DNA of 37,680 nucleotides from contig JBHLNS010000015.1 in NCBI GenBank assembly GCA_048941285.1, forward strand, positions 21,763 through 59,442, in the 5' to 3' direction. Each line of letters opens with the position of its first letter. The first letter of the stretch is position 1. This stretch comes from Promethearchaeota archaeon. GTDB lineage: Archaea > Asgardarchaeota > Lokiarchaeia > Sigyniarchaeales > SOKP01. Below, piece after piece: positions 1 through 10,176 of this stretch. The notes below the pieces were generated by a model. That model saw nothing but the letters and a program-made list of their open reading frames with translations, was not told the origin of the DNA and did not search any database. The translations under genes were made by a program, and so were the position numbers.

Positions 1-44
1 AATAACAAATAAATCATTGATCTGAAGAAATTGGTGAAGAGAGT

Positions 45-1118
45 TTGAACCGCGTTTTTATGGTAATTGAAAAACATACAAAAGATCATTATTTTATTAA
101 TCTAATAAATGAATTAAAACGTCAAGAAATAGAAGTAATTTTTCCGAGAAAAGAATATAAGAATCTATTTTTATTTAGAAATTTACTATTTTCCAAGACT
201 AGAATCCTTCATATACATTTTCTATATTCGGCGGGATTCTATGCAAAAACTTTGTTACAATTCATCCTAAAATATTTTATTTTTATTATCGATATCTACT
301 TAGTTAAATATATTTTAAAAACAAAAATAATTTGGACTGTTCATAATCTTTATAGTCATAAGGCTTTCTTTCCAAAAATAGAGAAATTAGGTAAAAACTT
401 TTTTTCTAAAAAAGTAAATTATATTATTTGTCATTGTAAAAATGCTAAGAGATTAGTTCAAAAAGAATTTGGGGTTAATCCAGCAAAAATCCACATAATT
501 CCACATGGTAATTATATTAATAGCTATAAAAATTCTATTTCAAGAGAGGTGGCAAGAAAAAAATTGAATTTACATAACGACGATTTTATTTTCTTATTCT
601 TTGGTCGGATTAGGCCTTATAAAGGAGTAGGAAACCTTATAAAAAGCTTTAAATCAATTCATGTAAATGAAAATCTTAAATTATTAATTGTTGGGAAAGT
701 TTTCAAACCTCAGATAAGCAAAATATTAATTGAAAATACGCTGGATGATGAAAGGATTATTCTTAATTTAAAAAGAATACCTGACGATGCTATTCAAATT
801 TATATGAATGCTTCTGATGTAGTAGTAACGCCTTATATTGATGTACTCACTTCTGGGCAAGTGCTTTTAGCTATGTCATTCGGCAAGCCAATTATCGCAC
901 CAAAACTTGGATGTATAATTGATATTTTAGATGAAAAGGGTTCATTTATTTACAATCCAGACGTATCTAATTCTTTACTCCAATCATTAGAAAAAGCTAT
1001 AACTCTCAGAACTAATCTACTACAAATGGGTAATTATAATTTAGAATTAGTAAAAAAATTCGATTGGAAAAGAATTGTTGTTGAAACAATAGAAATTTAT
1101 CTTAAAAGTTTTAAATAA
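45..1118 (+). CDS. Glycosyltransferase family 4 (GT-B fold)
   Basis: 357-aa ORF with GT4 motifs WTVHN, IPHG, FFGRIRPYKG, SGQVLLAMSFGKPII and C-terminal FDW. TTG start is preceded by GGTGA. Confidence 0.9.
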   Translation: MNRVFMVIEKHTKDHYFINLINELKRQEIEVIFPRKEYKNLFLFRNLLFSKTRILHIHFLYSAGFYAKTLLQFILKYFIFIIDIYLVKYILKTKIIWTVHNLYSHKAFFPKIEKLGKNFFSKKVNYIICHCKNAKRLVQKEFGVNPAKIHIIPHGNYINSYKNSISREVARKKLNLHNDDFIFLFFGRIRPYKGVGNLIKSFKSIHVNENLKLLIVGKVFKPQISKILIENTLDDERIILNLKRIPDDAIQIYMNASDVVVTPYIDVLTSGQVLLAMSFGKPIIAPKLGCIIDILDEKGSFIYNPDVSNSLLQSLEKAITLRTNLLQMGNYNLELVKKFDWKRIVVETIEIYLKSFK

Positions 1119-1136
1119 CGTGTAGTATTATGCCAT

Positions 1137-2048
1137 TCATTTTATTTTTTGTATCCAAAAGCTTTTAGGGTACTTTCTACCTCCCATTAATAAACTTAAT
1201 TCCCTTTCCAATGTCTTTTTGTGTTTCAAGTACATATAACTTCCTGCCCATAATATTTTAAAACTATCATTAAAAGCTAAAAATGCTTGAAGTAAGTACT
1301 GTTCATTAAAGAAGTGATGATCCTTTAGTATTACCTTTTTTGAATACTCAGCGGGTAAAAAAATGTCATGAAAGTGAATAATTACACCTTTTTTTAGACG
1401 AGGTAATATTTCTAGAAATTCATAATATACATCGCTTCCAATTGTTAAAATATGAGAAGAATCAATAAATAAAAAATCATTTTCGTTAAGATTATTAAAG
1501 AATGATATAGGCACTTCTTGTACTTTTTTTTGAATTAATCGTTTTAAACCAGGAAAGCCAATTTTTAGGAAATCTCTTGGATAAGGTTCAATCGCAATTA
1601 ATTCACATTGACTATTGTATGTTTCTTCATTTTTACGTATTGCTTGAGCAGCTAAGAGGGTTGAAAAGCCCGCACCAATCTCAATAATTTTAGATGGTTT
1701 AAAAAATCTTATCATTGAATAATAAAACTTCCCATCTGCTGGATTAAATGATGAATTTGTTAAAAAATACTGAAAAGGATTTAGGGTTCTATGCTTTGGT
1801 AATTTGTCGTATTCTTCCTTAAAATTTGATGATAATTGGGATAATAGATTTAATTGATATTCTTCATTCATGTCAATCCCGACTAGTTCTGAGTTTTTTT
1901 GCCATAGATCATTCTTTAAGGAGCTTATATCAGGGATAGGTTGATAGAAGTGTTTTGGAGTTATATGAAAGCCTAAACTCTCCCAAAATTCAAATAATTT
2001 ATCGTTAATATTCCAGATCTTTCTATTAATAAATTTTTTAAATTTCAT
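1137..2048 (-). CDS. Class I SAM-dependent methyltransferase (Methyltransf_24-like)
   Basis: Motif I IIEIGAGFST, plus AIEPYP, LFIDSSH, GVIIHFHDIF and NEQYLL, typical of glycan-locus methyltransferases. Confidence 0.85.
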   Translation of the reverse strand: MKFKKFINRKIWNINDKLFEFWESLGFHITPKHFYQPIPDISSLKNDLWQKNSELVGIDMNEEYQLNLLSQLSSNFKEEYDKLPKHRTLNPFQYFLTNSSFNPADGKFYYSMIRFFKPSKIIEIGAGFSTLLAAQAIRKNEETYNSQCELIAIEPYPRDFLKIGFPGLKRLIQKKVQEVPISFFNNLNENDFLFIDSSHILTIGSDVYYEFLEILPRLKKGVIIHFHDIFLPAEYSKKVILKDHHFFNEQYLLQAFLAFNDSFKILWAGSYMYLKHKKTLERELSLLMGGRKYPKSFWIQKIK

Positions 2049-2198
2049 TTTAATTTTCTCAAAAACAATTTTATGTTACCAAATTATAAAAGCTATTTTT
2101 AAACTGAAGATGAAAAAAAATAATAATTTTAATATTTTTTCATTTGATATTAGCTCAAAGAAAATTTATTATATTCCTTTTATTTTAATAGTTAATCG

Positions 2199-2954
2199 AT
2201 GGTGATAATATCACATAAGCATAAATTTATATATATAAAAACTAAAAAAACAGCAAGCTCCTCAATTCAAGTTCTATTGGAAAATTATTGTGGAAAAGAC
2301 GATATAATAACTCCTTTAAATAAGCCAACTACGAATAAGGGATTTTTATATAATGAAAGGGCGAGAAATTATAGAGGTATAAAAAGTATCATAAAAATAC
2401 TTAAACATAAATTACTTAATTTTTTACTATTTCCTAATCGTTTTAATTACCTTATGACCTACCTGCTACATTTAAAAATTCCTAAAAAAAAAGAAATAAG
2501 AATAATTTTTGGTAGATTTGTAAGTCATATGAGTGCAGAAGAAGTTAAAATAAAGGTTGGAAATCTAATATGGAAAAATTATTTTAAATTTACATTTGAA
2601 AGAAATCCATGGGATAAAGTAGTTTCTGCATATCATCATCTTAAACCAAATTTACCATTTGATGAATGGATTAAAAATTTTTCTCCAAATCTTAAATCTC
2701 AACCTGTTAATTATTCACTTTATTGTATAAATGGAAAATTAGAATTAGATTTAATTGGCAAGTTTGAGAATTTAAAAAAAGACTTAAAAATTATTTTTAA
2801 TAAACTGAGTTTACCATATAATGATTTGCCCAATGAAAAAAAAGTTTATCGCAAGAATGGAAAAGATTACAGAGATTACTATAATGAAAACAGTAAGAAT
2901 ATAGTTGAAAAAAATTATAATGAAGAAATAAAGTTGTTTGGATATAAATTCTAA
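2199..2954 (+). CDS. Sulfotransferase, Sulfotransfer_2-like (HNK-1/chondroitin-4-ST type)
   Basis: 5'-PSB-like ISHKHKFIYIKTKKTASSS, 3'-PB FERNPWDKVVSAY, IGKFENL and C-terminal YRDYY...FGYKF. Confidence 0.85.
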   Translation: MVIISHKHKFIYIKTKKTASSSIQVLLENYCGKDDIITPLNKPTTNKGFLYNERARNYRGIKSIIKILKHKLLNFLLFPNRFNYLMTYLLHLKIPKKKEIRIIFGRFVSHMSAEEVKIKVGNLIWKNYFKFTFERNPWDKVVSAYHHLKPNLPFDEWIKNFSPNLKSQPVNYSLYCINGKLELDLIGKFENLKKDLKIIFNKLSLPYNDLPNEKKVYRKNGKDYRDYYNENSKNIVEKNYNEEIKLFGYKF

Positions 2955-3060
2955 AAACAGGCTCTTTGTATAATAGAAATGGGTTTTTAAATAAATTTTG
3001 AGAAATCTATTAATTAATTAAGATTTATAATAATTAGAACAGGCTTGCGAATTAATAAAA

Positions 3061-3996
3061 TTGAAGAAAAAAAATATTTTCAAAATAATAAAAAATTGGA
3101 AAAATCCAATCCTACTTCGGGATGCTTTTATAAATAAATTTGCATCTATTATATATAGAAGAAATAAAGGGACATTTATTGTTAATGAGCAATGGGAAAA
3201 TTTAATTATATTAGATGCTTGTAGATATGATTTTTTTAAAGATCAATTTATTCCACGGAATATTCAAGGAAATTTATCATTTAAAATTTCAAGAGGTTCT
3301 CACACAGTTTCTTTTCTCCTTGAGAATTTTAATAAAAGTAAATATGATGATATTATATATATAACAGCAAATCCATATGTAAATCAATTTTTAAGAAATA
3401 AGTTTTATAAAATTATTTCTGTATGGAAAGATGGATGGGATGAAAAAGAAAAAACTGTATTGCCTGAAACAATGTTAAAATACGCTATTGAAGCAAAAAT
3501 GAAATATCCTAAGAAGAAACTTGTAATTCATTTTATGCAACCGCATTATCCCTACATCAGTTATAAATTTGAGCATAAAAAGTCAGAGAGTTTAAGAAAA
3601 TCTAGTGATTTTCCTCGGTTATCCAAAATTATTAAAAATAAAAATTTTTTTACATTATATTCTGCTAGTATTTATTCTTCAATTGAAAAACAAATTCATA
3701 TTAAAGCTTATAAAGATAATTTAAATTTAGCATTAGACATTGTTGAAAAATTGTTAAAATTCTTGCCGGGAACTACGATAATTACATCTGATCATGGGGA
3801 GTCATTTGGTGAAAGAATTTTCCCCTTTTTTCCCTTTAAATTATTTGGTCATCATAGAAGATTCAAAATACCTGTCTTATTAAGAGTTCCGTGGTTTGAA
3901 TTTAAATCTCCTTATGAAGATACGCAATTCTCAATTGATACTGATGAGAAACTTAAAATAAAAGAAATTGCTCAAAATATTGGAAAAAAAACTTAA
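3061..3996 (+). CDS. Alkaline phosphatase/sulfatase superfamily protein (LDACRYD family), paralog 1
   Basis: Metal-site motifs LIILDACRYD, SRGSHT, HFMQPHYP, TSDHGE, FGH and VPW. No CxPxR motif. Confidence 0.75.
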   Translation: MKKKNIFKIIKNWKNPILLRDAFINKFASIIYRRNKGTFIVNEQWENLIILDACRYDFFKDQFIPRNIQGNLSFKISRGSHTVSFLLENFNKSKYDDIIYITANPYVNQFLRNKFYKIISVWKDGWDEKEKTVLPETMLKYAIEAKMKYPKKKLVIHFMQPHYPYISYKFEHKKSESLRKSSDFPRLSKIIKNKNFFTLYSASIYSSIEKQIHIKAYKDNLNLALDIVEKLLKFLPGTTIITSDHGESFGERIFPFFPFKLFGHHRRFKIPVLLRVPWFEFKSPYEDTQFSIDTDEKLKIKEIAQNIGKKT

Positions 3997-4016
3997 TCAG
4001 ATTTAATAAAAACGCA

Positions 4017-4979
4017 TCAGATTAAATCTTTTTTAATAAGGATATTTATTTTTTCATTAATTAAATTTTCTTCAACAACCTTGTCTTCTTTAATGAAATT
4101 ATCATTCTTTTCCTGAACTTTTTTCACTTCATCTTTTATTACAAACCAAGGAACTTTCACTAATTCTTTTGTCCTAAGATGGCTTATATGACCAAAAATC
4201 ATGTATTCTCCTAAGTGATTACCATGATCAGAAGTAATGATAATTTTTCCGGATAATTCTTGCACTAATTTATAGACTTCATTCATCACAATTTTTAAAT
4301 TTTTAATATAGCCTTTCCATAGGGTTTTTATAGAAATAATCCCTGATTCAGCAGCTTCAAATATTGAAATTTTTTTATTTCTCCAATTTGATTTATCCAA
4401 TTTATACCACGTACCATCATCATATTTTAGCAAATCTTTATTACCCAAGAATGGATGATGAGGTTGGTTATAATGGATTATCATTCTTTTATTAGGATAA
4501 GTTTTTAATGCTTCTAAGGTAGATTCAGTAACTCTATTAGGTGGGACCGTCTTTAAATCCTTATCCCATCCAAAATCCCAAACATCAATAACCTTATAGA
4601 ATGGGTTTCTTCCAAAAGTTTTAGATAAATTATAGTTAGAAAGATGAGGATTACCGGCGATGTACACTACATCAAAATAAATATCTTTAAAATTCCACCG
4701 TAGCCATTCTTGTGTTACACTACCTCCTGAAATGATAAAATCAGAGTCTTTATTAACCACTATTTTAAACATATCATATCTACATGCATCAAGAACAATA
4801 AGATAATCCCATTCCCTATCTAGCACTCTTGTTGCTTTTTTTTTTGAAAGACTTTTGTATCTAAAAGTAATATATTTTTGCAAAAAATACAGATATGCTT
4901 TTTTAGGCTTCCACAATCGTGTATACATTCTAATTCTTTTAACTTTGAATGCGACCATTTTTCTATAATAATCTCCCAT
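4017..4979 (-). CDS. Alkaline phosphatase/sulfatase superfamily protein (LDACRYD family), paralog 2
   Basis: LIVLDACRYD, SGGSVT, HYNQPHHP, TSDHGN, FGH and VPW. Confidence 0.75.
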   Translation of the reverse strand: MGDYYRKMVAFKVKRIRMYTRLWKPKKAYLYFLQKYITFRYKSLSKKKATRVLDREWDYLIVLDACRYDMFKIVVNKDSDFIISGGSVTQEWLRWNFKDIYFDVVYIAGNPHLSNYNLSKTFGRNPFYKVIDVWDFGWDKDLKTVPPNRVTESTLEALKTYPNKRMIIHYNQPHHPFLGNKDLLKYDDGTWYKLDKSNWRNKKISIFEAAESGIISIKTLWKGYIKNLKIVMNEVYKLVQELSGKIIITSDHGNHLGEYMIFGHISHLRTKELVKVPWFVIKDEVKKVQEKNDNFIKEDKVVEENLINEKINILIKKDLI

Positions 4980-4994
4980 TTAACTTACGATTTT

Positions 4995-6641
4995 TTATCT
5001 AGCAATAGTTTTCAGCTTTTGTAATACTTTTCTAACAATTTTATATCGTAATTTCTCTTTTGTAAGAATTGACTCAATATTTTCAATGTCATTTCTTGTT
5101 ATTATTTTGAAGAAGAAATTTAAGAAAAGAAATAACACTAAAAAGATCCCTAAAGTAAATAAATTAATATAACTGAAGTAAGATAAGTTAAAGAATTCCA
5201 AAATATTAAAGTAAAGCTCATTCAATAACAAATCTCCAATAATTAAAGCTCCGAATAATGAACTAAAGAATATTAAAAATTGAAAGAATATTTTAACTAA
5301 ATCTAGTTTTATGTTAAGAATTTTCCAACTAAAGTAATATAACAATAAAAAAATAATGAATCTACTAATAATTAAACCAATCAATGCACCATAAATGCCA
5401 AAAAATATTATACCTATAAGAAATGCTGTAATTCTAATTGAAAACAAAATCATATCGATAACTGGGATTAATTTTACTTTATTAATCGATTTCAAACCAA
5501 CAAGGAACAAATTTCCTATTGGATTAAATATCAATGTAAATATAAACAGCTTTAAAAGAAATGAAAAAACCAAAAAATCTTCACCATATACAAAGAATAA
5601 GAAGAAGTCTGCTAGAACAAACAAAATCCCCGAAACTATAGATATTAGGAAAAATGAATATTTGAAATAGAGCTTATAAATTTTAGAAATTTTTGTAGTT
5701 TCATTTTTAGAACTTAAACTTGAAAACGAAACCAATAATGGAGTAGTAAATGAACTTATTGAAAGTGTAACTACTTCAGTATACCGTTTTGCGATACTAT
5801 ACCCTAATGTCATCTCTTCACTCACAAAGACATTTGTTACTACTTTTTTTGCCTCCCCCCAGATATTACTAGATAGGGTATCAATACTTACAAATCCACC
5901 GTATTTTACTGCAGTAGAAAAAAATTCTTTATATTTTAGGGGGCTCTCATCTGTTTTTTTTATTTTTAAAAAACCAAAATAAAAGACAAGAAAACTAATT
6001 AACAGGGGATAAAAAACAGTAAGAATATTAATGACAGCGATTTTTTCAATAGTCACATTCTCATCAAATAAGAATAGAAGAAATAGTAGCCCCGCGTTTA
6101 TTATGAATTTTATTATTGATATTATGTAATTGAATTTAAATCGCCCAAATCCGATATGAATACTTCTGAGAAAATTAAATAAATTAGTAATTAACATTAA
6201 TGGAGCCAAAATAAATAAAACATGTACAAAGCCATTCAGACTTATCATGAAAAATCCAGAAAAACAAATAAAGATGGTAATAATTACAAAAAAGACAACC
6301 AATTCTATTAATAATTTAGTATATACGCTGTATAAAATAAATGACCTTAAAATATTCATTTGTTTTAAGGTTTTATATCGGGGAATATAGTAATTTAAGG
6401 AATCAGTCAATCCAGGAGGTAAATATCCTAAAATAAACGTAAAAATAGAAATAATCGCAGTTGCAGTGACTAAATACCCCCATGATGATATAGAAATCAT
6501 CCTTGCTAAAAGAAAGGATGTTACTAGGGCGAGAATATAATTACTATAACTTCCTAAATAGGAATAAAATGAATTTTTTGCTAAGGTGCGTTGATCTTTA
6601 ACAGATTTTTTTTTGATCTGGTTTTTTTCTTCCGAAGTCAT
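4995..6641 (-). CDS. Oligosaccharide flippase (Wzx/MOP superfamily)
   Basis: 548 aa with many hydrophobic segments. N-terminal LAKNSFYS...FLLARMI...WG and GYSIAKR patterns are typical of polysaccharide export proteins; lies among glycosyltransferases. Confidence 0.8.
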   Translation of the reverse strand: MTSEEKNQIKKKSVKDQRTLAKNSFYSYLGSYSNYILALVTSFLLARMISISSWGYLVTATAIISIFTFILGYLPPGLTDSLNYYIPRYKTLKQMNILRSFILYSVYTKLLIELVVFFVIITIFICFSGFFMISLNGFVHVLFILAPLMLITNLFNFLRSIHIGFGRFKFNYIISIIKFIINAGLLFLLFLFDENVTIEKIAVINILTVFYPLLISFLVFYFGFLKIKKTDESPLKYKEFFSTAVKYGGFVSIDTLSSNIWGEAKKVVTNVFVSEEMTLGYSIAKRYTEVVTLSISSFTTPLLVSFSSLSSKNETTKISKIYKLYFKYSFFLISIVSGILFVLADFFLFFVYGEDFLVFSFLLKLFIFTLIFNPIGNLFLVGLKSINKVKLIPVIDMILFSIRITAFLIGIIFFGIYGALIGLIISRFIIFLLLYYFSWKILNIKLDLVKIFFQFLIFFSSLFGALIIGDLLLNELYFNILEFFNLSYFSYINLFTLGIFLVLFLFLNFFFKIITRNDIENIESILTKEKLRYKIVRKVLQKLKTIAR

Positions 6642-6815
6642 TGTTCTTTAATATATCACAAAGAAATACTTGATTAACTCAGATAGATGTAAAATTGTGG
6701 AATTAAAATTAAACTTTAAGTTTCATTTTAGCATTTGTCAAGTGTTAAATTTTATGGAGTAATTTAAATTTAATAAAGATTTTACCATAATAGAATAATT
6801 AATATTGAGTTCCAA

Positions 6816-7709
6816 ATGCCCAAACCAATTTTTATTGTAGGTAATCAAAGATCAGGTACAACTTGGTTAGCTAATATATTATGCCAGCATAGTAAAATAG
6901 TAGGAGTTCAATCTAAACCTTATGGAATTCGAGAAAGTAGGTACTTTAACTGGATTGAGGGATTATTTGGTGATCTAAAAAACAATAATAACTTTATTCA
7001 TTTTATCGAAACTTATGGAACTAGTGATTATTTTAGATTGACAGGTATTAGTAAAGATCTTTTTTATCAACAAAGACCTAAAACTTATTTTCAGGTTTTT
7101 CGTTTATTAATGGATACTTTTGCTAATAACAAGAAAGCAGAATATTGGCTTGAAAAAAGCCCCGGCCATACTTTATTTTTATATAAAATTTCAAATTACT
7201 TCAAAACCGCTAAATTTATTGGTATTAAAAGGAATGCTATAGATACTATAAAATCTGCTGTTAGAAGAACTGCTATACGAAATAATGTTGTTAAGAAATT
7301 ATTCATTTTAAGAAGACTAATACAATATTATAAATATGATAAGCATTTAAATAAATTTCTTGTACACTCAAATAGAACAATAATATTAAATTATGAAGAT
7401 TTAAGAAAAAAACCTCAGGAAGTAATTAAAAAAGTGATAATTTTTTTGGGATTAAACTTTGAATTTACAGTTTTAAAGGATAAATACACACCGAATACGA
7501 GTTTCTCAAATTTTAACAAAGAAGCAGAAAGAGCAACGATTTTAACGCCTTTTGAAATTAAAATGATAAAATGGTTTTCTATCCTATTTAAAAATCTCCC
7601 TTACAGATTTTATAGAATTTTATATTTTTTTCAGCTTAATGTAAAAAAAAGAACAATACCTCCTGATTTTTGGAAGGATTACATACAAGAAAAATTTCAA
7701 CAATCATAA
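6816..7709 (+). CDS. Sulfotransferase (Sulfotransfer_3-like, P-loop)
   Basis: PIFIVGNQRSGTTWL (5'-PSB), WLEKSPGH, KRNAIDTIKS and YEDLRKKP. Confidence 0.85.
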   Translation: MPKPIFIVGNQRSGTTWLANILCQHSKIVGVQSKPYGIRESRYFNWIEGLFGDLKNNNNFIHFIETYGTSDYFRLTGISKDLFYQQRPKTYFQVFRLLMDTFANNKKAEYWLEKSPGHTLFLYKISNYFKTAKFIGIKRNAIDTIKSAVRRTAIRNNVVKKLFILRRLIQYYKYDKHLNKFLVHSNRTIILNYEDLRKKPQEVIKKVIIFLGLNFEFTVLKDKYTPNTSFSNFNKEAERATILTPFEIKMIKWFSILFKNLPYRFYRILYFFQLNVKKRTIPPDFWKDYIQEKFQQS

Positions 7710-7878
7710 AAATATTCAAATTGAAGATTTATAATTTATTATTAAAACTTTCAATTACTAATTCTTTAGTATCAATTAAAAAATTGCATCGAATACGAAA
7801 ATTCTTATGAAAAATTTAATAAAGGAATTTAATTTAATTCCTAATAAGTAGATTTCTTGAGTTAGGCCATCTATATAG

Positions 7879-9120
7879 ATGTTCTTAATAATGATGATTT
7901 TCTTTTCTAATTTTTTGGATATATTCTATAAATTTCTAAGTCTAGAATGGATATTCTACTTTTTTTTAATTTTTATTTTCTTAATAACGATTTACAACAT
8001 AATTCTATTAATTTTATATAATAAACGAATAAAAGAGTTTAAAAAACATCACGATCCAGAAAAAATTGGAATTTCTGATTTCAAATCTTTACCTATTGTG
8101 AATATTATAATTCCAGCATGGAAAGAGGGAGAAATTTTTAAAAATCTATTATTATCAATAACAAAATTGGATTACCCTAAAATCAAAGTTATTACCAATG
8201 CGGGAGGCAGTATTGAAACCTTAGAAATTGTAAATTCCTTTAAAAGTAATGAAAATTTTATTATTCTCCATCAAAAAGATGGTTCAGATAGACCATCATT
8301 AGGAAAAATAAATGCAATAAATGAATGTTTTAATCATGTTATTGAAGGCATCATCTATTTTATTGATGCTGATAGCTATTTAAATAACGAAATTTTACTG
8401 AGAATGATATATCCAATAATAAATCTTAATGAAGATGTAGTAATAGGAGGTGTAAGACCTCTTATAAACCAAATGAAAAAGCCTCTTGTTAAATATTTAC
8501 AATTTGACAGATTTAAAGCGCTTTATAAAAAATTCGAAAGACATTCTCAGACAAGCGTAATTACAGGCCAAAATTTTTGTATTAATTATAATGTGTTAAA
8601 AGCCATTAAAAGATTTACTTTTCAAAAACTTATACCTACAGATGGTTTAATGGGAAAAGATATTTATCGTAAAGGATTTAAACCATATAGATTAGTAGAT
8701 TATCGTCACAGAATTTTTGTTGATTATTCAGCTAATTTAACAGAGTATTTTCATCAAAGATTAATATGGAATGAAAATTATTTATATAAGAGTTTAAAAT
8801 TACACCATATTATAAATATAATTAAATTTATTTTTCTTTGGTTAATTTCAACATATTTAATTATCTTTCCTATACTAATTTTCTTTGATCTACGTTTTTT
8901 GTTTCCTGGACTTTTGATTTTTTTAACCGTGTATTTTAAAAAAATAAGCAGACTCATTGTTTTTACGAGGACAGTAGATAAAAAATATTATGAACCATAT
9001 AGAGTTCCTTTTTTCTTTATCTTAATATTTTATATATTTTTTGACACTCTTATTACAGTTTATGTTGCATTTCATTTTTTATATTTTTTAAAAAAACTAG
9101 AAAAATCAAACAGTCAATAA
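7879..9120 (+). CDS. Membrane-bound glycosyltransferase family 2 (synthase-like architecture)
   Basis: N-terminal TM, IIIPAWKE, GKINAIN, DxD (FIDAD), GQNF, QRLIW (QxxRW-like) and several C-terminal TMs. Exact start is uncertain (several Met codons). Confidence 0.8.
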   Translation: MFLIMMIFFSNFLDIFYKFLSLEWIFYFFLIFIFLITIYNIILLILYNKRIKEFKKHHDPEKIGISDFKSLPIVNIIIPAWKEGEIFKNLLLSITKLDYPKIKVITNAGGSIETLEIVNSFKSNENFIILHQKDGSDRPSLGKINAINECFNHVIEGIIYFIDADSYLNNEILLRMIYPIINLNEDVVIGGVRPLINQMKKPLVKYLQFDRFKALYKKFERHSQTSVITGQNFCINYNVLKAIKRFTFQKLIPTDGLMGKDIYRKGFKPYRLVDYRHRIFVDYSANLTEYFHQRLIWNENYLYKSLKLHHIINIIKFIFLWLISTYLIIFPILIFFDLRFLFPGLLIFLTVYFKKISRLIVFTRTVDKKYYEPYRVPFFFILIFYIFFDTLITVYVAFHFLYFLKKLEKSNSQ

Positions 9121-9133
9121 TTAATAATTTTTT

Positions 9134-10081
9134 TTATATAGAACGAAATGATTTTAATTTCTCAACTGAATCAAAAATTTTTTCTCTTTCTAACAAGTAG
9201 TTAGTTCGTTTTGGATCTTTTTCCTTTACTTCTATTACTAACCAAGGGACATTAATTAATACTGGAATTCTTACATTTTCTCTATGTCCATAGAATCTTA
9301 TTGGGATTAATGGGTGGATAAACTCGCCAATTGATTCTCCATGATCTGCGGTTACGATAGTCTTACCTGGTAATATGTTTATTAAATCTTCAATAAACGG
9401 TATTACAAGATTTAAATTATCTTTATAAATATTTAAATGATCTTTTCGTTTTAAAACTGCATAAAGATCTAATGTATATAAACTAAATAGCCCATCTTTA
9501 CAAACTTTCTTTAATTTAATCTTTTGATTATGAAGAACTGTATTTTTTAACATTTCAGACGCCCCACCCCCAATTTTATATCCAATATAAGGAAAATGAG
9601 GTTGCATAAAGTGGAATATTAATTTTTTTTCAGGGTACTTTATAATAGCATCAATGCCATATTCATACATAGTTTTAGGTAATACAGTTTTTTCTTTATT
9701 ATCCCATCCTTCCTTCCATACTGAAATAATTTTATAAAATTTATCTTTTAATAACAAATCTACATGTGGATTTGCTGTGATATAGATAATTTCAGGATAT
9801 TTTCCATTTTTGAAATTTTCAAGAAGAAAAGAAATTGTATGGCTACCTCGTGATTTTTTTTTTTTAAGAGTTCCCCTCATAGATCTATTTCTATATGTCT
9901 CTTCAAAAATGTCATATCTACACGCATCTAGAATGATCAAATTGTCCCAAGATTCATCAAATATGTAAGAACCTTTATTTTTTCGATAAAATAGAGAAAC
10001 AAGCTTATAAATAAAAGTATTCCTCAAAAAGATTGGGTCTTTCCAGTGGTTTAATATTTTAAGAATACTTTCTCTTTTCAA
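9134..10081 (-). CDS. Alkaline phosphatase/sulfatase superfamily protein (LDACRYD family), paralog 3
   Basis: LIILDACRYD, SRGSHT, HFMQPHFP, TADHGE, YGH and VPW; closely similar to 3061..3996. Confidence 0.75.
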   Translation of the reverse strand: MKRESILKILNHWKDPIFLRNTFIYKLVSLFYRKNKGSYIFDESWDNLIILDACRYDIFEETYRNRSMRGTLKKKKSRGSHTISFLLENFKNGKYPEIIYITANPHVDLLLKDKFYKIISVWKEGWDNKEKTVLPKTMYEYGIDAIIKYPEKKLIFHFMQPHFPYIGYKIGGGASEMLKNTVLHNQKIKLKKVCKDGLFSLYTLDLYAVLKRKDHLNIYKDNLNLVIPFIEDLINILPGKTIVTADHGESIGEFIHPLIPIRFYGHRENVRIPVLINVPWLVIEVKEKDPKRTNYLLEREKIFDSVEKLKSFRSI

Positions 10082-10176
10082 AATATAACCTAAAATTTTA
10101 TTTTACAATTAAAATCATTAAATGTATTATACTAATTCTTTTTTTTTTACTTTACGTTATAAAGATAGTACATATT

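Noticed and set aside
5395-5670. 91-aa plus-strand ORF
   Set aside because: Antisense shadow inside the flippase; no motifs.
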